64,000 nucleotides of DNA, taken from a virus. Lineage: Duplodnaviria > Caudoviricetes. The notes below the pieces were generated by a model that saw only the letters and a list, made by a program, of their open reading frames with translations, searched no databases and was not told where the DNA came from. The position numbers and the translations under genes were made by a program. Shown here one piece after another: positions 60,580 to 64,000 of this stretch. The DNA is taken from IMG/VR virus record IMGVR_UViG_3300036783_000170, positions 10,501-74,500 of that record; one strand, written 5' to 3'. Numbering within the stretch: position 1 is the first letter of the stretch; the number at the start of each line of letters is the position of its first letter.

Positions 60580-62814
60580 GTGTCCGTAGCTCAGTCCTCC
60601 TACCGAGGCCGGTACGACGACGGCTCGGAGACGACTGCCAACTGGATCGTGCCGGCGGATACCCGCTGGGCGCAGCTGTCTGGCACGACGTTCCGGGCCC
60701 GCTTCATGGTGACCAGGGACCCGGACCCGGCGGCCCTCGGCGAGCTGGTGGACGACTTCTCCGGGCCGCTGGACACGTCGGTCTGGAACGTCTCTCCTGG
60801 CGCCACCATCTCGGGAGGCCAGCTCGTGCTGGCGTGCACGAGTTCTTACTCGGGGATCGGGTCCATCGCCTCGTACGACATGACCGGCAGCCACGTGGCT
60901 GTGCAGCTGGTCTCGGTGCCCATCGACACCAACGGCGGCACCGAGACGGCGCTGTCGTTCAAGGCTGACGACTCCAACCTGTTGATGATCGACAAGCGCG
61001 GCGCGAACCTGCTCTGCGACGCCAGGGTGGGCGGGGTAGACACCACCGCCACGGTCGCGTGGGACCCCGCCGCCATGGCCTGGTGGCGGCTCCGAGAGGA
61101 CTCCGGGACCGTCTACTTCGAGACCGCCCCCGACGGGTCCACGTGGACCACGCAGCTCTCCGTCGCCACCCCTACGTTCGCCACCGACGGGACCGCCGGC
61201 CCGCAGGTCAACTGCGGGTACTTCGGCACGGAGCCGAGCCCCGGCAGCGCCGTCCTGGAGGGCTTCAACCTGTACCCGGGCGCGGTGTCCTCGACGGCGG
61301 TAGCGCTCAGGCTCGAGTACTCCCTCGACGGCGCGGTGTGGCACCCGGTCACGGGCTCGTCCTCGGTCGTCCGGTCTACCGCGAGCGCCAACATCACGGA
61401 CGGGGCCGCGACCACCCAGCAGCTCGGGTCCGGGCTGTTCGCCGCCGGCACGGTCGATGAGGTGGACGGGGTGTTCGCCTCCGTCAGCCTCCTGCCCCGC
61501 TTCCGTACGGAGGTCGAGGCGTCTTGCCAGATCCGGGCCGCTGACGTGACGCTGAGCAGCACGCTGCTGCTTCGGGTAGCGCTGTCCGACGGCACGCCGC
61601 TCGACGCCTACGTCAGCGCGGCGGAGGTGATCGTAGACAAGCCGGCGATCATGCAGCGCGCCTACCGGGCCCGGTACGACGACGGGTCAGAGACTGCGGC
61701 CCGGTGGATCGCCGCGCAGGACACGCCGTGGGGCGAGTTCCCGGGGCGCCCGTTCCGGATCAGGTACCTCCTCCAGCGGGTCGCCTCCGCCGCCGAGCTG
61801 TCCTCGTTCACCGACGCCTTCGGGGCGACCTCCATCGACCCGCTGCGCTGGCGTTCGGTGGGCACCGTCTCGCAGGCCGGCGGCGTGCTCTCCCTGGGGT
61901 GCACGCCGGCCTACTCCAGCCTCACCTCGTTCCGTAGCTACAGCCTGGTCGACTCCCACGTCGCGGTGCACGTCACGGGGCTCCCCACCGACACCGGGGG
62001 GTCTACCGAGACGCTACTGACGTTCCTCGGCGACGCGGACAACCTGCTGTCTATCGAGAAGAGGGGCGCCGCGAGCCTGGTCTGCACGAGCAGGGACGCG
62101 GGGGTGCCGACCACCAGCACGGTGGCCTGGGACGGCCCGAACATGGCCTGGTGGCGGATCCGAGAGTTCGGCAGCGTCGTCTACTTCGAGACCAGCGCCG
62201 ACGGCGCCACGTGGGCCACCCGGGCGACTGTACCCACCCCCTCCTTCGCTGGCGCTGGTGCCGCGCAGCTGTCCTGCGGGTACTCGGGCACGGAGACCTC
62301 GCCGGGGTCGGCGACGTTCGATGACTTCAACCTGTACACCGATGGTCCGCCGTCCCCGGTAGCCACCGTGACGGACTGGCAGACGTTCTACTCCCTGAAC
62401 GGCGCGACTTGGCTGCCGGTGACCTCGTCCTCCGCCGTCGTACGCGCGACCGCGTCCCCGTTCGTCACAGAGGACGCCGCGACCACCCAGCAGCTCGGCG
62501 CGGGGACCTTCGTGGCGGGCAGCACCGACGAGACGGACGGCTTCTTCAGCGCGGTCTCGCTGCACGTCGAGGACCAGACGGAGCTGGAGGGCTGCCTGTC
62601 CCTGGTGTCAGCCGACGTGCACCCAGGCGACAGCGTCGCGATCGTCATCACGCGAGGGAACTTCGAGTTCCTGGAGGTCTACAACCGCACCCCCACCCTG
62701 ACCGTCGTCGCGTACCCGGTGACGTACTGGGACGGGTCCGTCGAGCACCCGGCCGTCGTGACCGTCTGGGACGGGTCCGCTGAGGTCCCGATGGCATTCC
62801 TGGAGGTCACGTGA
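60580..62814 (+). CDS. Tandemly duplicated lectin/LamG-like virion protein
   Basis: Two ~365-aa units, each YR.RYDDGSET.A.W followed by ...MAWWR.RE..G.VYFET..DG.TW.T. Confidence 0.7.
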   Translation: MSVAQSSYRGRYDDGSETTANWIVPADTRWAQLSGTTFRARFMVTRDPDPAALGELVDDFSGPLDTSVWNVSPGATISGGQLVLACTSSYSGIGSIASYDMTGSHVAVQLVSVPIDTNGGTETALSFKADDSNLLMIDKRGANLLCDARVGGVDTTATVAWDPAAMAWWRLREDSGTVYFETAPDGSTWTTQLSVATPTFATDGTAGPQVNCGYFGTEPSPGSAVLEGFNLYPGAVSSTAVALRLEYSLDGAVWHPVTGSSSVVRSTASANITDGAATTQQLGSGLFAAGTVDEVDGVFASVSLLPRFRTEVEASCQIRAADVTLSSTLLLRVALSDGTPLDAYVSAAEVIVDKPAIMQRAYRARYDDGSETAARWIAAQDTPWGEFPGRPFRIRYLLQRVASAAELSSFTDAFGATSIDPLRWRSVGTVSQAGGVLSLGCTPAYSSLTSFRSYSLVDSHVAVHVTGLPTDTGGSTETLLTFLGDADNLLSIEKRGAASLVCTSRDAGVPTTSTVAWDGPNMAWWRIREFGSVVYFETSADGATWATRATVPTPSFAGAGAAQLSCGYSGTETSPGSATFDDFNLYTDGPPSPVATVTDWQTFYSLNGATWLPVTSSSAVVRATASPFVTEDAATTQQLGAGTFVAGSTDETDGFFSAVSLHVEDQTELEGCLSLVSADVHPGDSVAIVITRGNFEFLEVYNRTPTLTVVAYPVTYWDGSVEHPAVVTVWDGSAEVPMAFLEVT

Positions 62815-63545
62815 GCGCCATCCCGATCCCGCTGCCGGCGGAGGAGCCGGGCCCTGGGGACGAGGTCCGCTACCAGCCGTACTACGTGCGGGAGGTCCAG
62901 GACTGGGCCGTCCAGCAGGAGCACCTTCGTCACTCACAAGCGCTGTACGACTTCGGAGAGTGGGCTATGTTCTGCCTGCTCTGGCACATCCAGGACTACA
63001 GCGCCGGGCTCGTAGGCCGCTGCAGCCGCTGCTACGGCGCCGACGGCAGCAAGCAGCGCGAGATCAGCGACGTGTACCAGCAGCCGACCCAGAACCGGTG
63101 CCCGGTGTGCTTCGGCACCACCTTCGAGGGCGGGTTCAAGGCGTTGATCATCCGGCCGACGCTATTCAGCGACACCGACGAGTCAGAGCGCATGCAGGCG
63201 CGCGGCGTAGTGCACCCGTCGGACCTGGACGTGGAGTCGACCCCCGACTTCCGGGTCCGCAGCGGCGACTACGTGTTCCGGTCCTCTGGCGACCGATTCC
63301 AGCTCCGGGTGCCGCAGCGGGTGACGCTCCGTACCGGCTTCGCGCACCCGCACCAGTCGACGGCCGCGATCGGATACAACCATGCGCGAGCCAGCCTAGA
63401 GGACCCGAACGTCTCGGTTGCGTACCTGATCCCGCCGCCGGCCGCGACCCTGCCTTCCCTGCTGTCGCTGGCGGGCAAGACGCCGGCCGACTTCACCCAG
63501 TACGAGATCATAAGATCAAGTCTCATCCCTGTTGGTGATGACTGA
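62811..63545 (+). CDS. Probable neck/head-closure protein
   Basis: RCSRCYG...CPVCFGTTFEGGF; position. Confidence 0.55.
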   Translation: MSAIPIPLPAEEPGPGDEVRYQPYYVREVQDWAVQQEHLRHSQALYDFGEWAMFCLLWHIQDYSAGLVGRCSRCYGADGSKQREISDVYQQPTQNRCPVCFGTTFEGGFKALIIRPTLFSDTDESERMQARGVVHPSDLDVESTPDFRVRSGDYVFRSSGDRFQLRVPQRVTLRTGFAHPHQSTAAIGYNHARASLEDPNVSVAYLIPPPAATLPSLLSLAGKTPADFTQYEIIRSSLIPVGDD

Positions 63546-64000
63546 TGCTCCTCGAAAGCGCCGAGCTGTCGCTGACCAGCCGCCCGGACCGGGCGATCAT
63601 GGTCGTCGACGACCTCGACATGCGCCACGCGCGGGCGTGCGCCAACGCCGCCGTACGCGAGGCCCGGCGCAAGATGCCCAAGCTGTCCGGACGCGCGGCT
63701 AGCCGGCTGATGCCGCTCTGGGGGCGCGGGTACTTCGGGATCCGATGGCTGGACTCGTACGTGTTCTTTCAAGACCACGGCATCCGGTCGTTCACGATGA
63801 ACCGACTCGAAGGCAAGACCATCCCGATGTGGGTGGATGACCCGACCGGTAGCGAGCGGGCGAAGAACCCGAAGGCGAAGACCCGGGTCACCGCCAGCGG
63901 CAAGCAGCAGGTGCTGATCTTCCGGCGCGTCGGCAAGAAGGGGTCGAGCACCCCGCGTGGCCGTATCGACCCGACCACCAAGCTGCCACAGACCGTGCGC
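63545..64000 (+). CDS. Basic structural-module protein, truncated by the window end
   Basis: ATG overlapping TGA; open to the end of the window. Confidence 0.55.
   Translation, partial: MLLESAELSLTSRPDRAIMVVDDLDMRHARACANAAVREARRKMPKLSGRAASRLMPLWGRGYFGIRWLDSYVFFQDHGIRSFTMNRLEGKTIPMWVDDPTGSERAKNPKAKTRVTASGKQQVLIFRRVGKKGSSTPRGRIDPTTKLPQTVR

Noticed and set aside
1-64000. tRNA cluster, stop-codon reassignment, inteins
   Set aside because: No cloverleaf/CCA patterns noticed; TAG, TGA and TAA all end genes normally; no intein termini seen in the portal, protease or MCP.

Overview
This window is 64 kb of a large, GC-rich tailed phage genome. The major capsid protein and head-gene order resemble mycobacteriophage Bxz1 (cluster C); this rests on my recollection of those sequences, not a database search. 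High GC3 and a Streptomyces-type chitosanase point to an actinomycete host. Positions ~1-20.6 kb are a rightward early region of many small, overlapping, often Cys/His-rich ORFs. Recognisable products there are a GH46 chitosanase, a papain-like peptidase, DUF6221, DUF2283 and a PNK-type HAD phosphatase. Positions ~20.6-41.6 kb are the head module: large acidic head proteins, portal, a membrane-protein cassette, a probable prohead protease fused to an HhH-GPD-like domain, scaffold, decoration protein and MCP, with two free-standing endonucleases. Positions ~41.7-50.7 kb are accessory genes: an inverted block, two RHH-tailed proteins, a YdjM hydrolase, a secreted glycanase, a nucleotidyltransferase, a UDG-like protein and an NlpC/P60-like protein. 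Positions ~50.7-64 kb encode Fn3, GH26-like, neck and fibre proteins. The most notable signals not explained by the gene list are (i) two matching CCCAAAA plus hairpin -1 frameshift cassettes in adjacent head genes, (ii) about 15 copies or partial copies of an 18-bp dyad (ideal CTACAAGGATCCTTGTAG) that usually abuts a -10 hexamer and is often followed by GCCAGAGAG, (iii) ten copies of a CTG(T/C)C-N20/21-GAAT motif found only before structural genes, and (iv) an RBS-sequestering hairpin with a nested promoter behind the MCP gene. I saw no tRNA, rRNA, CRISPR array, integrase or terminase.
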